This document shows, piece after piece, positions 9,847 to 21,783 of a stretch of 46,338 nucleotides of DNA. Source of the stretch: Thraustochytrium aureum (Eukaryota); the NCBI GenBank assembly GCA_012862495.1, contig BLSG01000325.1, positions 111,614 to 157,951 of the forward strand, given 5' to 3'. The position numbers and the translations under genes were made by a program. Within the stretch, counting starts at the first letter, position 1. Each line of letters starts with the position of its first letter. The notes under the pieces were generated by a model, which did not search any database, was not told where the DNA came from, and worked only from the letters and a program-made list of their open reading frames with translations.

Positions 9847-12048
9847 ATGGAACGCGGGCTGAGCAGGTGTGACCTGGGATCGGTCGGCCCCGTGTCGGGG
9901 AAGAACACGCTCAAGGTCCTGCCGTTCAACAAGAGCCGGCGGCAGAAACTCGTGGTGGGCGACAACTTGGGCGATGTCACCTGCCTCCAGAGCAAGCGCG
10001 GCGAGACGACGACCGTGTTCCAGGCCAAGACCAACGAAGAATCCAATCCGGTGACGAGCGTGGCGCTCAACAACGGCAACTCGGGCGAGAAGGTCTTCGC
10101 GGCGGAAGGGCGCACCGTGCACGGCATCAACCGCAAGGGCAAGGAGTTTTGCGCAATCACGGCCAGCCTCTCCGAGTCCATCCAACACGTTTACCGTGCG
10201 CGATACGCGCGTCTGGGTGGCCGGCAAACTCACGTATGCGTCGTACATGGACAGCAAGGAGGTCGAATACTTCAACACGCCCGACTCGATCGGCGGCATG
10301 GCACTCGGCAGCGCAGGGAGCGCGGCGCTTCTCGGGACGTTCGACCACCACATCCGCGCAGTTGTCAACGGCGTAGTGGCCAGCGAAATTGCCACAGCAG
10401 GGGCCATAACCGCTCTCGAGGCCTACGAGGCCCCGTACCAGTCATTGCCTGCCGTCGGCGGCTTGAGCAGCGGCACGTTTAGTTCGGCACCGAATGTGGC
10501 GGCCTGGGCCTGGCACACCTGGACGCCGACTCCAACCAGCTGCGCCAGCTCTGGGCCTCGGGGGACTCTTCCGAAGGGGGCACCGGTGCGGTCAACTGCC
10601 TCTCTGCGTACGACCTCAGCAAAGACGATGTGCAGGACATCCTCGTCGGGCGAGACGACGGAGCGGTGCAAGTGTTTCGCGTCCTGGAGCAGGAGGGCTC
10701 AGCCATGGTGCAGGAGGAGAAGCGCGCCCCCGGCCGCGCTGCCTCGCTTCTGTTCGAGCGTTTCGTCGACGAGTCGGTGCGCAGCATCCAGGGCGGCNNN
10801 NNNNNNNNNNNNNNNNNNNNNNNNNNNNNNNNNNNNNNNNNNNNNNNNNNNNNNNNNNNNNNNNNNNNNNNNNNNNNNNNNNNNNNNNNNNNNNNNNNNN
10901 NNNNNNNNNNNNNNNNNNNNNNNNNNNNNNNNNNNNNNNNNNNNNNNNNNNNNNNNNNNNNNNNNNNNNNNNNNNNNNNNNNNNNNNNNNNNNNNNNNNN
11001 NNNNNNNNNNNNNNNNNNNNNNNNNNNNNNNNNNNNNNNNNNNNNNNNNNNNNNNNNNNNNNNNNNNNNNNNNNNNNNNNNNNNNNNNNNNNNNNNNNNN
11101 NNNNNNNNNNNNNNNNNNNNNNNNNNNNNNNNNNNNNNNNNNNNNNNNNNNNNNNNNNNNNNNNNNNNNNNNNNNNNNNNNNNNNNNNNNNNNNNNNNNN
11201 NNNNNNNNNNNNNNNNNNNNNNNNNNNNNNNNNNNNNNNNNNNNNNNNNNNNNNNNNNNNNNNNNNNNNNNNNNNNNNNNNNNNNNNNNNNNNNNNNNNN
11301 NNNNNNNNNNNNNNNNNNNNNNNNNNNNNNNNNNNNNNNNNNNNNNNNNNNNNNNNNNNNNNNNNNNNNNNNNNNNNNNNNNNNNNNNNNNNNNNNNNNN
11401 NNNNNNNNNNNNNNNNNNNNNNNNNNNNNNNNNNNNNNNNNNNNNNNNNNNNNNNNNNNNNNNNNNNNNNNNNNNNNNNNNNNNNNNNNNNNNNNNNNNN
11501 NNNNNNNNNNNNNNNNNNNNNNNNNNNNNNNNNNNNNNNNNNNNNNNNNNNNCAAGGTGCGGTATCGAGCAGGACAGGCCCTCATCGAGTCCGACTCGAT
11601 CTCGGCCATCGCCATCATGCGCGAGGTCATCTCTGGCGAGGCAAACAAGCGCAAGGCCAAGGTGAGCATCCGCTTCACGATCAACCCTGACACAGTGCCG
11701 CAGTTCCTGGCCAAGGTGGGCAAGCAGCTCAGCGCTCAAGCGTCGCTTGCGCGGAAAGTGGACATCCTCGATGCGCTCAAGGAGATCGCCAGCGACGCAG
11801 GCGACGCCATCGACTTCTTGACCAAAGAGCACCGCGCTTTGCTCGCGCGCGGCGCAGAGCTCCGCGCAAAGTTGGAGCGCCAGCCGCAAGCGCTACGGAC
11901 GTTGCACGGCCTCGTGTACGACCTGTTCGTCGACGTGCGCAAGTTTGACGGCCGGGACGTGCGCGGGCCGGACTTGCACATGCGCCTCATGCAGGTGCTC
12001 AACAACTATAGCCTGGACGCGCTCGTCCAATTCTTTGCAGAAAACTAG
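9847..12048 (+). CDS. BBS7: BBSome subunit BBS7; frameshifts at ~10190-10195 and ~10450-10482; N-gap 10798-11552
   Basis: N-terminus MERGLSRCDLGSVG..KNTLKVLP..QKLVVGD; FGTECGGLGL; DILVGRDDGAVQVF; C-terminus YRAGQALIESDSISAIAIMREVISGEANKRK..LHGLVYDLFVDVRKFDG..LVQFF. All follow the BBS7 pattern. Confidence 0.92.
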
Positions 12049-12760
12049 CTAGCTAGCTTGAAGATTGAGTTGATTGCCCGGTTGGGCGGCCCGTCCGTCA
12101 GGCGTGCGCGCGCTGAGCGTGTGGTGAGGGTGCGTTGCTCGTGCGTTGCTCGTGCGTCATTCTCTGCCCTTCTGCGGCGCGGGCGCAGCCCGATGGTGGA
12201 CAAGGGATAAGGCGGCCCCTGCATTCTCTTGCCTTGCCCCAAATTGCGCGACACGGTGGTTGGCGGCGTCGAGCGTTGCGGGCAGCGCTCTCGACGCGAA
12301 ATCCAAGGTTCTGGCAATGGTGCTTGTGCAACGGAGGTTACTCTTCCATGGGCGTCCGCTTGGTCCCCTTGCCTTTTTTTACTTTTTAGAAAAGGGCGAG
12401 GGGGCTCGTGGTCTCGCCCGCTTCTCGCCGCTTCTCGCCCCGGTCGCCGCGCAAGGGGCACTTTGTGCCCCCAGCCATCACATGGCCTCGTCCTCGTCCT
12501 CCCGCAAACACTCGTCGCCAGGCTCTGCTGAGCCCGGGCAGCTTGCTTCGCTCATGCTTCACGCCCAAGTTTCCGCCCGTTTCCTCTGCCTTGGCCAGAA
12601 CAGCAGAGCCACAATATTTTTTTCCAATTGCAAATCGCTGAGCGCTCCGCATTGTTAATTCTCGTCACTACTTGGTCGAGTCAATCTAGGCGATACCGCC
12701 ACACCAGTCGCTCGCGCGCCCCCCTGCACGGCGTCCCCAAAACAATGCGACCGGCTCGGC

Positions 12761-13215
12761 TTATGCTTGGAAGGTTCTACCCGTGGCGCGGTTAATCGTC
12801 TCCAGGACCTCCTCGATCTCCGACTCCTCAAGCCGATGGTGCAAGCTCGGCACCAGCGCGGCAGCCTCGTCGACGTCGTCCATCTTGAGGTTGACCGCCG
12901 CAACCAGTTCAACTGGTGCAGTTTGGTCTCGCGGTTCTCCCCCGCCTTCTCGTCATACTTTGTCCACGCCTTGAGCTCGAGCTTGGCCCTGAGCTCCTCC
13001 ACGACCGCCTTGTTCGCGACTGGGTCCTTGATCTGGCTGAACCTGTTCACATACGCCAGCGTCTGCTCAAACACCTCGGGCACCGCGCGGTCCTCCGTCT
13101 CGTACTTGACCTTGGCCTCCTGCAGCTTGATCGCCACCTCGGCGTTGGACAGGCACGTCTCATTGTCAAACTCCTCGCCGAGCCGGAGCTCAGCCGCGTC
13201 CTCCAGCTTGGCCAT
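12761..13215 (-). CDS. RPB4: RNA polymerase II subunit RPB4; one missing T at 12911-12912
   Basis: EDAAELRLGEEF..CLSNAEVAI..VFEQTLAYVNRFS. After restoring one base: KLHQ(F)ELVAAVNLKMDDVDEAAALVPSL..EIEEVLETI, the HRDC-like RPB4 C-terminus. Stop TAA at 12761-12763. Confidence 0.9.
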
Positions 13216-13237
13216 CACGACCCGCGAGGACCGCAAG

Positions 13238-13378
13238 CACCTCCTGGACCACCTCCTGGACCACCTCCGCGGCCTCCTCCAGCGCCTCCTGCTGCGCCTC
13301 CTGCTGCGCCTCCTGCTGCGGGAGCGGGTGCGTCTGCTGCGGGAGCGGGTGCGGCTGCTGCGGCTGCTGCGGCTGCGC
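13238..13378. repeat. Compound GC-rich tandem repeat (12-, 21- and 9-bp units) just upstream of RPB4
   Basis: CCTCCTGGACCA x2, CCTCCTGCTGCG x3, CTGCTGCGGGAGCGGGTGCG(T/G) x2, CTGCTGCGG x2-3. Confidence 0.75.
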
Positions 13379-13853
13379 GCGCGGGCGCGGCTGGAGCGGA
13401 GGGATCGGGCGGGGCGATGGGGATCTGGGCGCCGGCCTCGTGGCTNNNNNNNNNNNNNNNNNNNNNNNNNNNNNNNNNNNNNNNNNNNNNNNNNNNNNNN
13501 NNNNNNNNNNNNNNNNNNNNNNNNNNNNNNNNNNNNNNNNNNNNNNNNNNNNNNNNNNNNNNNNNNNNNNNNNNNNNNNNNNNNNNNNNNNNNNNNNNNN
13601 NNNNNNNNNNNNNNNNNNNNNNNNNNNNNNNNNNNNNNNNNNNNNNNNNNNNNNNNNNNNNNNNNNNNNNNNNNNNNNNNNNNNNNNNNNNNNNNNNNNN
13701 NNNNNNNNNNNNNNNNNNNNNNNNNNNNNNNNNNNNNNNNNNNNNNNNNNNNNNNNNNNNNNNNNNNNNNNNNNNNNNNNNNNNNNNNNNNNNNNNNNNN
13801 NNNNNNNNNNNNNNNNNNNNNNNNNNNNNNNNNNNNNNNNNNNNNNNNNNNNN

Positions 13854-14322
13854 CGCGCAGGCCGGGACGCTTGCAAGCACCAAGGACGGCGCGGCCAGCG
13901 ACGCGGTGGGCCAGCTGCTGTTCGAGGCCCTCGAGCTCGCAAGGGCGGCCGTGTCCGATGTTGTGGATCTTCGCGTGGGCAGCTCTGTGGCAGTCGGCGC
14001 GGCGGGTGCGCCAGTCCCGCTTGAGCGGCGCCGCGCCTCCTCGTCGTCGAGCGCGCCAGAGGGGACCCCAGACCACCCGGCGCGGCGGCGACTCGAGGAG
14101 GAAACCTCGCGCTTGCGGGCCCGAATCCGCCAGCTGGAGAAGCTCATGGAGGTCGAGCGGGAGGACAAGCTGCGCCTCAAAGAGTACACGGCGCGCGTTG
14201 TGCGCGAGCTTGAGGAGGAGTACAAAGCTGAGGTGGGCAAAGTCCCCCATTCGACGCGTCGCGAGCCCGCCGCCGCAGCCGCCGTGGCGAGCACTCTGGC
14301 CGGTATGCGCCGCGGCTATTGA
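13854..14322 (+). CDS. Hypothetical protein, C-terminal coiled-coil part; start probably in or before N-gap 13446-13853
   Basis: Heptad-like RRLEEETSRLRARIRQLEKLMEVEREDKLRLKEYTARVVRELEEEY with coding-like codon usage; no recognisable family. Confidence 0.5.
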
Positions 14323-14912
14323 CCGTGTTCGCCTCCACAGGCTTCGCAACGACGACAACAACGTCAACGTTGGAATGGGACCGTTCGCAAAGGTTCGCAC
14401 CCGCAGATTCCGCGCCAACGTTGAAATGCATGACGCCTGGCGAGCGTTCAGCGCGCCCCGACCGATCCCTGCAGCCTGACGCGGCCGCGAGCAGGTTGCA
14501 CGCACAGGCGCGGGCCTGGGCGGCACTCGCGTCCACTATGTAGTTACTCAGCCAACTTTCTTCTGTCCAGCCAAGGCCCAGTCCAGCCAAGGCCCGGCCA
14601 CTACGCGCTCGCACAAGTCGCGCCACCAATGCCCCCAGGCCGGTCGGCCGGCCGTCCGCATCGGGCGCTCTCGCTGGCGCATCGAGGCCCATCCCGCCCT
14701 TGCGCACGAGCCTGCAGGCCTCCACGTCACCCTCAGCCCCGCGGCCACGCGCTCGGCTCGGATATTCGCGTCACATCGGTCCCCCCTGAGACGCGGGGAG
14801 CGGCGCGGCGGCGACTGGACGGCGGCCGAGACGGACGCGGGCAGAGGACGAACGAGAGGCCGTTGCGCAGTGCAGAGGCGTGTTCGGGGCTTGGCAGGCG
14901 GCAGAGGAGCAG

Positions 14913-15054
14913 GTAAGTGCGCCGGTTTTTCGCGGTGTGTGCGGCGCCGCTGGCGGGGCCGGCGCCCGGCGGGCTGGCCCGGCGCGTCGGTCGACGGCCG
15001 GTTGTTCGAGTGCGGCCAAGGTGCGCACTCACTGACAGCGGCGGCTCCGCGCAG
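14913..15054 (+). other. Candidate 142-nt spliceosomal intron in the 5' UTR of GCSH
   Basis: CAG|GTAAGT donor at 14913, ACTGAC branch-like motif at 15031-15036, GCAG| acceptor ending at 15054, 40 nt before the ATG. Confidence 0.6.
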
Positions 15055-15094
15055 GACGCGATAGAAAGGCGAGCGGTAGACGCGGGGAGGAGAG

Positions 15095-15586
15095 ATGGCG
15101 TTCATGCTTGCTCGTGCGGGCGCTAGCCTTGGGGCGAGGCGGCTGGCGGCTGCGCGCCCGGTGCTCGCGGCCGGCCGGTTCGGTTTTGTGGCCCAGGCGC
15201 GCGCCTTCTCGTCGTTCAAGTACCTCGAATCACACGAGTACGTCAAGATGGATGGCAAAATTGCCACGATTGGCATCTCCGACTTTGCGCAGACACAGCT
15301 CGGCGACGTCGTCTTCGTTGACCTGCCGATGGTCGGCGACCAGATCAGCAAGGGCGACTCGTTTGGCTCTGTCGAGTCGGTCAAGGCCGCCTCTGACGTT
15401 TACTCGCCCGTGTCTGGCGTTGTGACCGAGATCAACAACAAGCTCCTCGACTCGCCTGAGCTCGTCAACTCGCACGCCATGTCGGACGCCTGGTTTATCA
15501 AGGTCGAGGTGGACGAGGAGTCGGACCTCGACGATCTCCTTGACGAGACCAAGTACGCCAAGCTCGTTGCTGAAGAGGAGCATTGA
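15095..15586 (+). CDS. GCSH: Glycine cleavage system H protein, mitochondrial precursor
   Basis: Arg/Ala-rich, acid-free presequence; SHEYV, IGISDFAQTQLGDVVFVDLP, lipoyl-Lys motif VESVKAASDVYSPVSG, PELVN..WFIK. Confidence 0.96.
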   Translation: MAFMLARAGASLGARRLAAARPVLAAGRFGFVAQARAFSSFKYLESHEYVKMDGKIATIGISDFAQTQLGDVVFVDLPMVGDQISKGDSFGSVESVKAASDVYSPVSGVVTEINNKLLDSPELVNSHAMSDAWFIKVEVDEESDLDDLLDETKYAKLVAEEEH

Positions 15587-15781
15587 TCGGAACCTCTTTT
15601 GCGGTTTGGCGCATTGCGCGATGCTCGGTTTGCTTGCACGACCTGCCCTGACGCTGGCGGTGCACAATGTCCTCCGCCAATCTCGACAGACTCCAATTTC
15701 ATTTTTTCTTTCAATGCCAGAACGCTTTCGAGTCGGAACGCGTTGATTGGGACTCTGCTCGTTGCAGCCGATTGGGAGACC

Positions 15782-18700
15782 CTACTCTGCTTGCTGTCGA
15801 TCCACCTTTTCCTCANNNNNNNNNNNNNNNNNNNNNNNNNNNNNNNNNNNNNNNNNNNNNNNNNNNNNNNNNNNNNNNNNNNNNNNNNNNNNNNNNNNNN
15901 NNNNNNNNNNNNNNNNNNNNNNNNNNNNNNNNNNNNNNNNNNNNNNNNNNNNNNNNNNNNNNNNNNNNNNNNNNNNNNNNNNNNNNNNNNNNNNNNNNNN
16001 NNNNNNNNNNNNNNNNNNNNNNNNNNNNNNNNNNNNNNNNNNNNNNNNNNNNNNNNNNNNNNNNNNNNNNNNNNNNNNNNNNNNNNNNNNNNNNNNNNNN
16101 NNNNNNNNNNNNNNNNNNNNNNNNNNNNNNNNNNNNNNNNNNNNNNNNNNNNNNNNNNNNNNNNNNNNNNNNNNNNNNNNNNNNNNNNNNNNNNNNNNNN
16201 NNNNNNNNNNNNNNNNNNNNNNNNNNNNNNNNNNNNNNNNNNNNNNNNNNNNNNNNNNNNNNNNNNNNNNNNNNNNNNNNNNNNNNNNNNNNNNNNNNNN
16301 NNNNNNNNNNNNNNNNNNNNNNNNNNNNNNNNNNNNNNNNNNNNNNNNNNNNNNNNNNNNNNNNNNNNNNNNNNNNNNNNNNNNNNNNNNNNNNNNNNNN
16401 NNNNNNNNNNNNNNNNNNNNNNNNNNNNNNNNNNNNNNNNNNNNNNNNNNNNNNNNNNNNNNNNNNNNNNNNNNNNNNNNNNNNNNNNNNNNNNNNNNNC
16501 TCTCTTGCAGCTTGTTGTCGGCTTCGCGGAGTTTGTGCGTTTCCGCCTCCAGCTTGGCGGTCTTCTCCTCAAGCAGCATTTGACGCCTCTTTTCAGCCAA
16601 ACTCTGCTCCCCGACGAAAAGCAGGTCCTCCTGCAATTTGGCCTCGGCGAGACGCAATTTGTTTGCCTCTGCCTCGAGCGCTTCCGCCTTCTTCTCCAAC
16701 TCAATCTGGCGCGCTTTGTCTTCAAGGCTCTGCGTCCCAACAAACAAGAGGTCCTCTTGCAGCTTGGCTTCGTCACGGCGGAGGTCCTCCGTCTCCTTCT
16801 TCAGCAGCGAGACGCGACGCTTGAGGTCGGCTTGGGCTTTGCTTGACTCCAGGTCATGCGAACCGATCAGCAATATGGTCTCTTGCAGCTGCGCCTCGCC
16901 TTCCAAGAGGCGCAATGTCGACTCGCGCAAGTCTGCTGTTGTGGTCTTGAGCTCCGAGACGTCCTCGGCAAGCGCACCTAGACGGTCGTCTGCCGCCCCA
17001 AGGCTGTCGAGCTTCTCAGAGGCCAACTTGCTCGCCTTGGAGAGCTTGTTGTTGGCGGCCATGAGCTCCGAGGAGCGGGCCTTCAGCGCGACAAGGTCGT
17101 TCTGCAGCTGCTCTTGAGCGGCTTGAAGCGCCTCATCCTCAGCCTCGAGGCGCTCGACAGCCTTTGAAAGCTCGCCGCTTGCTTCGTGGGCCCGTTCGAG
17201 GGCCTCGATCTTGCTCTCCGTAAGCTCTTGGGCGCCGCGCAGCTCTGCAATATGCGCCTCTGCGTCTTTGTGTGCATCGAGCGCAGCTTGAGCGGTGATT
17301 GCAGCGGCCATGCGGTCCAATGCGAGCCCTGCTTCGGCCTCGGCGTTTTGCTTCTCAAACCGCTTCTCTTGGGCTCGAAGGGCCATGCTCAGATGCTCTT
17401 GGCCCTTCTGGATCGACGCCAGCTCGCCAGATAGGGCAAGGCGCAACTTGTCGGCTTGCGCCTGCGCCGCGCTCTCAATCCGTGCGCTCTCCTCGGCGAG
17501 TCGGCCAAGAGCCTGGGCGTGTTTGTTTGAACAAGGTCTTCCGTGGCCCTTTGGGACACAGCTGCCAATGCAGCACCCAATGCACTTTCGACGGCGAGCT
17601 GGTCCAGCTGTCTCTGCGCAGAGTCCGCGCTCTCTTCAACTTTACCAGACAACTCCGTCTCGATACGGGCTGCGCGCCGCGCCGACTCTTCCTCCATTCG
17701 ACGACAGTTCTCCTCTCGCGCTGCTCGCTCAGCATTGACCTGGTTGGACAGGTCAGACGAAAGGAGGTTAACCCGATCGTTCGTGTCGCCGATCCTCGAG
17801 TCCAACGTTGCAGTCTTCACCTCCAGCCGTGCCTCCAGGTCGCCGTGGACTGAATCGTGTTGCTCCCTTTCTACAGCAGCGCAGAGCGCGTCCATCGCTG
17901 CACGAAGCTCGGCTTCCTCCCGCAACAATGATTGGGCGTCACGAATCTCTTGCGCAAGCTCGAAGCGGACTTGTCCGTCGCCCTGTGCGCGACGGTCGCG
18001 CTCGTCGTCCAGAAGGCGCTGCATCTTGCCGTACAGAACCTCAAACTTGTCAAGCGTAAACTTTTGCTGGAGCTGCTCGCGCACATTGACAAGCCGCTCG
18101 AGATCGGCCTTTGTCCAGCGCAGCGTCTCGGCGCGGCTTGCGGCTTCGGCTTGCACACTAGACTTGAATAGAGCGCGCAAGCTTGTCACTTTGTGGTCAA
18201 TGTACGCCTTGATCCGCGATTGAGAGCTGCCGAGGCTGGCCTCGAGCGAGTGCCACAGCTCGCGAATAGAGCGGTCCAGACTATCTCGGATTCTTGCTGC
18301 ATCACCGGCTTGGGCACTCGAGATCTCCAGCTCGCGCTGCGTCGCACGCTCTCGCTCGGTAAGCAGCTCGAGCTCGAGCGCATCGTGCCGGGCAGCGCCT
18401 AAACTCGCCCTTGCAAGGANNNNNNNNNNNNNNNNNNNNNNNNNNNNNNNNNNNNNNNNNNNNNNNNNNNNNNNNNNNNNNNNNNNNNNNNNNNNNNNNN
18501 NNNNNNNNNNNNNNNNNNNNNNNNNNNNNNNNNNNNNNNNNNNNNNNNNNNNNNNNNNNNNNNNNNNNNNNNNNNNNNNNNNNNNNNNNNNNNNNNNNNN
18601 NNNNNNNNNNNNNNNNNNNNNNNNNNNNNNNNNNNNNNNNNNNNNNNNNNNNNNNNNNNNNNNNNNNNNNNNNNNNNNNNNNNNNNNNNNNNNNNNNNNN

Positions 18701-21072
18701 NNNNNNNNNNNNNNNNNNNNNNNNNNNNNNNNNNNNNNNNNNNNNNNNNNNNNNNNNNNNNNNNNNNNNNNNNNNNNNNNNNNNNNNNNNNNNNNNNNNN
18801 NNNNNNNNNNNNNNNNNNNNNNNNNNNNNNNNNNNNNNNNNNNNNNNNNNNNNNNNNNNNNNNNNNNNNNNNNNNNNNNNNNNNNNNNNNNNNNNNNNNN
18901 NNNNNNNNNNNNNNNNNNNNNNNNNNNNNNNNNNNNNNNNNNNNNNNNNNNNNNNNNGCGCTTTCATTTGCTCTGAAATGTTGGCTGCAAGTCGCGCCTC
19001 CGTCGCTGCGAGCTCGGCCCCTTGCCTCGTCGCGGCGGTTTGCGAGCTTGCGGCGAGACCTTCGATCGCAGCAGAGAGCTCCGTTCGCAAGCGCGCCTCA
19101 ACCCTCGCGAGCTCGGCGTCAGTGGCACAAGCCCTGGCTCTTGCTTCTTCGCGCAAAGCGTCCAAGCCTTGCCGAAGCGCGACTCGCGTCTGCGCGAGTT
19201 GATCCTGGGTGTGGGCCCGGATCTGCTTCAACTCCTCCGCGCGTTGGTGGCGCTCAACCCCCAGGTGGTGCTCGAGCGAGCCAAAACGAGACTCGATGCG
19301 CTGGCTAAGAGCGCCTTCCACATCGTCGAGTTGCCTTTTCGCGGTCTCTCCAACAGCGTTTGCGCGCTCTAGGGCTTGCGCCTGGTTCTCCTTGACTAGC
19401 TGCCTCAATGCAGCGTGGTCAGATCGGAACTGGGCCGACGCCAGGCTCACAGACGCCGCAACAGCCTCCATGCGGGTATTAAGGGCTTGGATGCTGGCCT
19501 CCTGCTCTTGACGCAACTGGGCGACTTGATCGCTCAGTTCTGTGCGAAGGGCCTGCTCAGACTCCCCGACGGCCTCGCTCAGAGACTCCAGTTGGGAACC
19601 GAATAGCTCGAGTTTAGCCGCCCCGGTTGTGGCGACCTTGACGAGCTCTTGCTGTACGAGATCCGCATGATCTGCTACGGCCTGCTGGACTTTGGTGATC
19701 GCCGAGGCCCTGACTTTGATCTCGGCGCGCAACAGCCGCTCGAGCCGCTTCTCCGCGGCCTTAAACTCTTCGCTAGCACCGCTGAGCTGCGCTGCATTCT
19801 GCTTTGCGAGGGCTGCGACGCCCGACTCGACGCGTTTCACGACTGCACCAATCTTGCCTTCAAGCCTCGAGAGCTCCTGCGCTTGCGCTTGCACAGCTTG
19901 TGTTGTTTCGCGGGCAAAGCGCGTGTTGCTCGACTTTAGCAGGGATTCGTGTTCGCGGAGGCTGGACTCGAATGACTCCCACTTGATGTCCATCTCGCGC
20001 CGTAGCTGCGCCTCGCCGGCGAGGCGGTCGCGTCGCTCCCGGCCGAGGCCCGACTCGGCAAAGCCTACTCGCCGCTCTGTGGCTTCTTTCACCATGTCAC
20101 TCCGCCGCTCGACCATGGAGATTCGACGCTCTTCGTTTTCGCGTTTCAGCTGGTCGAGCTCGTCGGCTGCGCTCTGCATTTGTGCAAGGCGCTGCGCGAG
20201 CTGCTTTTCGCGCTGCGCGACTGTTTCGCTGAGCTGGTCCAAGCGCGCAAGCGCAAGTTGTGCCTGGTGCGTTGAGGCGCCGCCGGTCTCCGTCACTGTC
20301 TGCTGCACGCTTCCTAGTTGCGATGAGAGTCTGGCTACCGTACCTTCCAGCTCGGCCACACGCGAGAGAGCCTTGTCGAGGTCTTGAGCTACGCCGGTCG
20401 CCCTCATGGCAGCTTGCGACCCCGTGAGCTTGCTGTCCAAGTGCACCCGCCCGATGTTAAAGTCGGCGCTTGCCGCGATATCCCGGGACGCTCGACTGGC
20501 CTGGTCCAGCTGACGCTGCATGCTTGCGACTCGGTCGTGCATTTCGCGCATCGCCTCGTTCGTTTCGCGCCGCTCGCCTTCAATGCGGCGAAGCTGGTCG
20601 CCTAGTTGTGCCAAAGCCGCATCGCCGCCTGGGCCTCGCGCCAGTGCTGCAGCCCCCCCGCCGGGCTTGGCGGCGGCCTCCAAGCGGACTTTGACAAGCT
20701 CCGTCTCCATCGACTGGAGCCTCTCTTGCAATGAAGCAGCAAGTTGAGGTNNNNNNNNNNNNNNNNNNNNNNNNNNNNNNNNNNNNNNNNNNNNNNNNNN
20801 NNNNNNNNNNNNNNNNNNNNNNNNNNNNNNNNNNNNNNNNNNNNNNNNNNNNNNNNNNNNNNNNNNNNNNNNNNNNNNNNNNNNNNNNNNNNNNNNNNNN
20901 NNNNNNNNNNNNNNNNNNNNNNNNNNNNNNNNNNNNNGGCCGTTGTTTCCAGTGCGGAGAAGACCCGCGGCCTCATCCACACGAAGCCCGATCTCAGGGT
21001 GCGCCCCAGATGGCGGGACAAGTTGCTGAATCGGGCTGCGCGCTGCCGCTCGCTCGAGCGTGCCTGCACCAT
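15782..21072 (-). CDS. Very large coiled-coil protein (~1700 aa) with C-terminal 42-aa repeats; three N-gaps, frameshift ~17515-17530; ends uncertain
   Basis: Consecutive minus-strand ORFs (18302..20980, 17389..18189, 15782..17446) of E/Q/L/A/R-rich heptad sequence that read into one another; start ATG at 21072 is a guess. Confidence 0.7.
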
Positions 21073-21783
21073 AGGAGTGCCTGGTCTTCTCGCCTCCGCC
21101 CAGGCTCGCGGCCTGCGCAAGAGCACGTAGCGGTTTGCCCGCTTGCGCGCCAGACTCGCGTAATATCTTCCGACGCTCCTGCTCGACGCGGGCGAGCCGA
21201 TCCGGGCTGGTCCGCTGCTGGAGTTGCTGCTGCTGCTGCTGCTGCAGATGCTGCAGAGACCCCCCCGGCCCCTATTCATGCTTCGTCTTGAACCCCTTCG
21301 CACAGGCCAGCCAGCGCAGCCAGCTCAGGCTGCTCTATCCAAGCTTCTCAGGCGCCAAGGCTGGCTGCGGCCGTCCGCACTATCGCCCGTATGGTTGGAG
21401 GCTCGACGTTGCCGCATGCCATGCCCGACGCGCCCGACGTATCGCTCCAAACAGAGCCGGACTCCTCGAACGCCTTTAGAAATCACTGCCATCCATCCCC
21501 CTCGTGACATTCACGACGGTCTGGTGGCGCGTGGCGCCGAGCATCGGCCTCGACGTATCCTGCTGCTACAACTCTCGAGCCAAAGTGTAACGGATCTACC
21601 GGATCTATTTTCGTCCATCAATTTTGGCTAGACAGGGTGGGCCGTCCGAGTTTCCCCAGCGTTGGCGCACGCCGGCGCTGCCAGCGCAACGTGGCAGGCT
21701 GGTTGTTCTTGACCGTACATCACGAGTATGCCTATCGTTGTGAGCTAGGCCAACTCACTCTGGGATGCTGATGTAGGTAGAGT

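Noticed and set aside
10480..10482. TAG just before the conserved FGT of BBS7, suggesting stop-codon reassignment
   Set aside because: TAG terminates BBS7 itself at its conserved end and also ends several other genes; the site coincides with a frameshift region, so a local sequence error is simpler.
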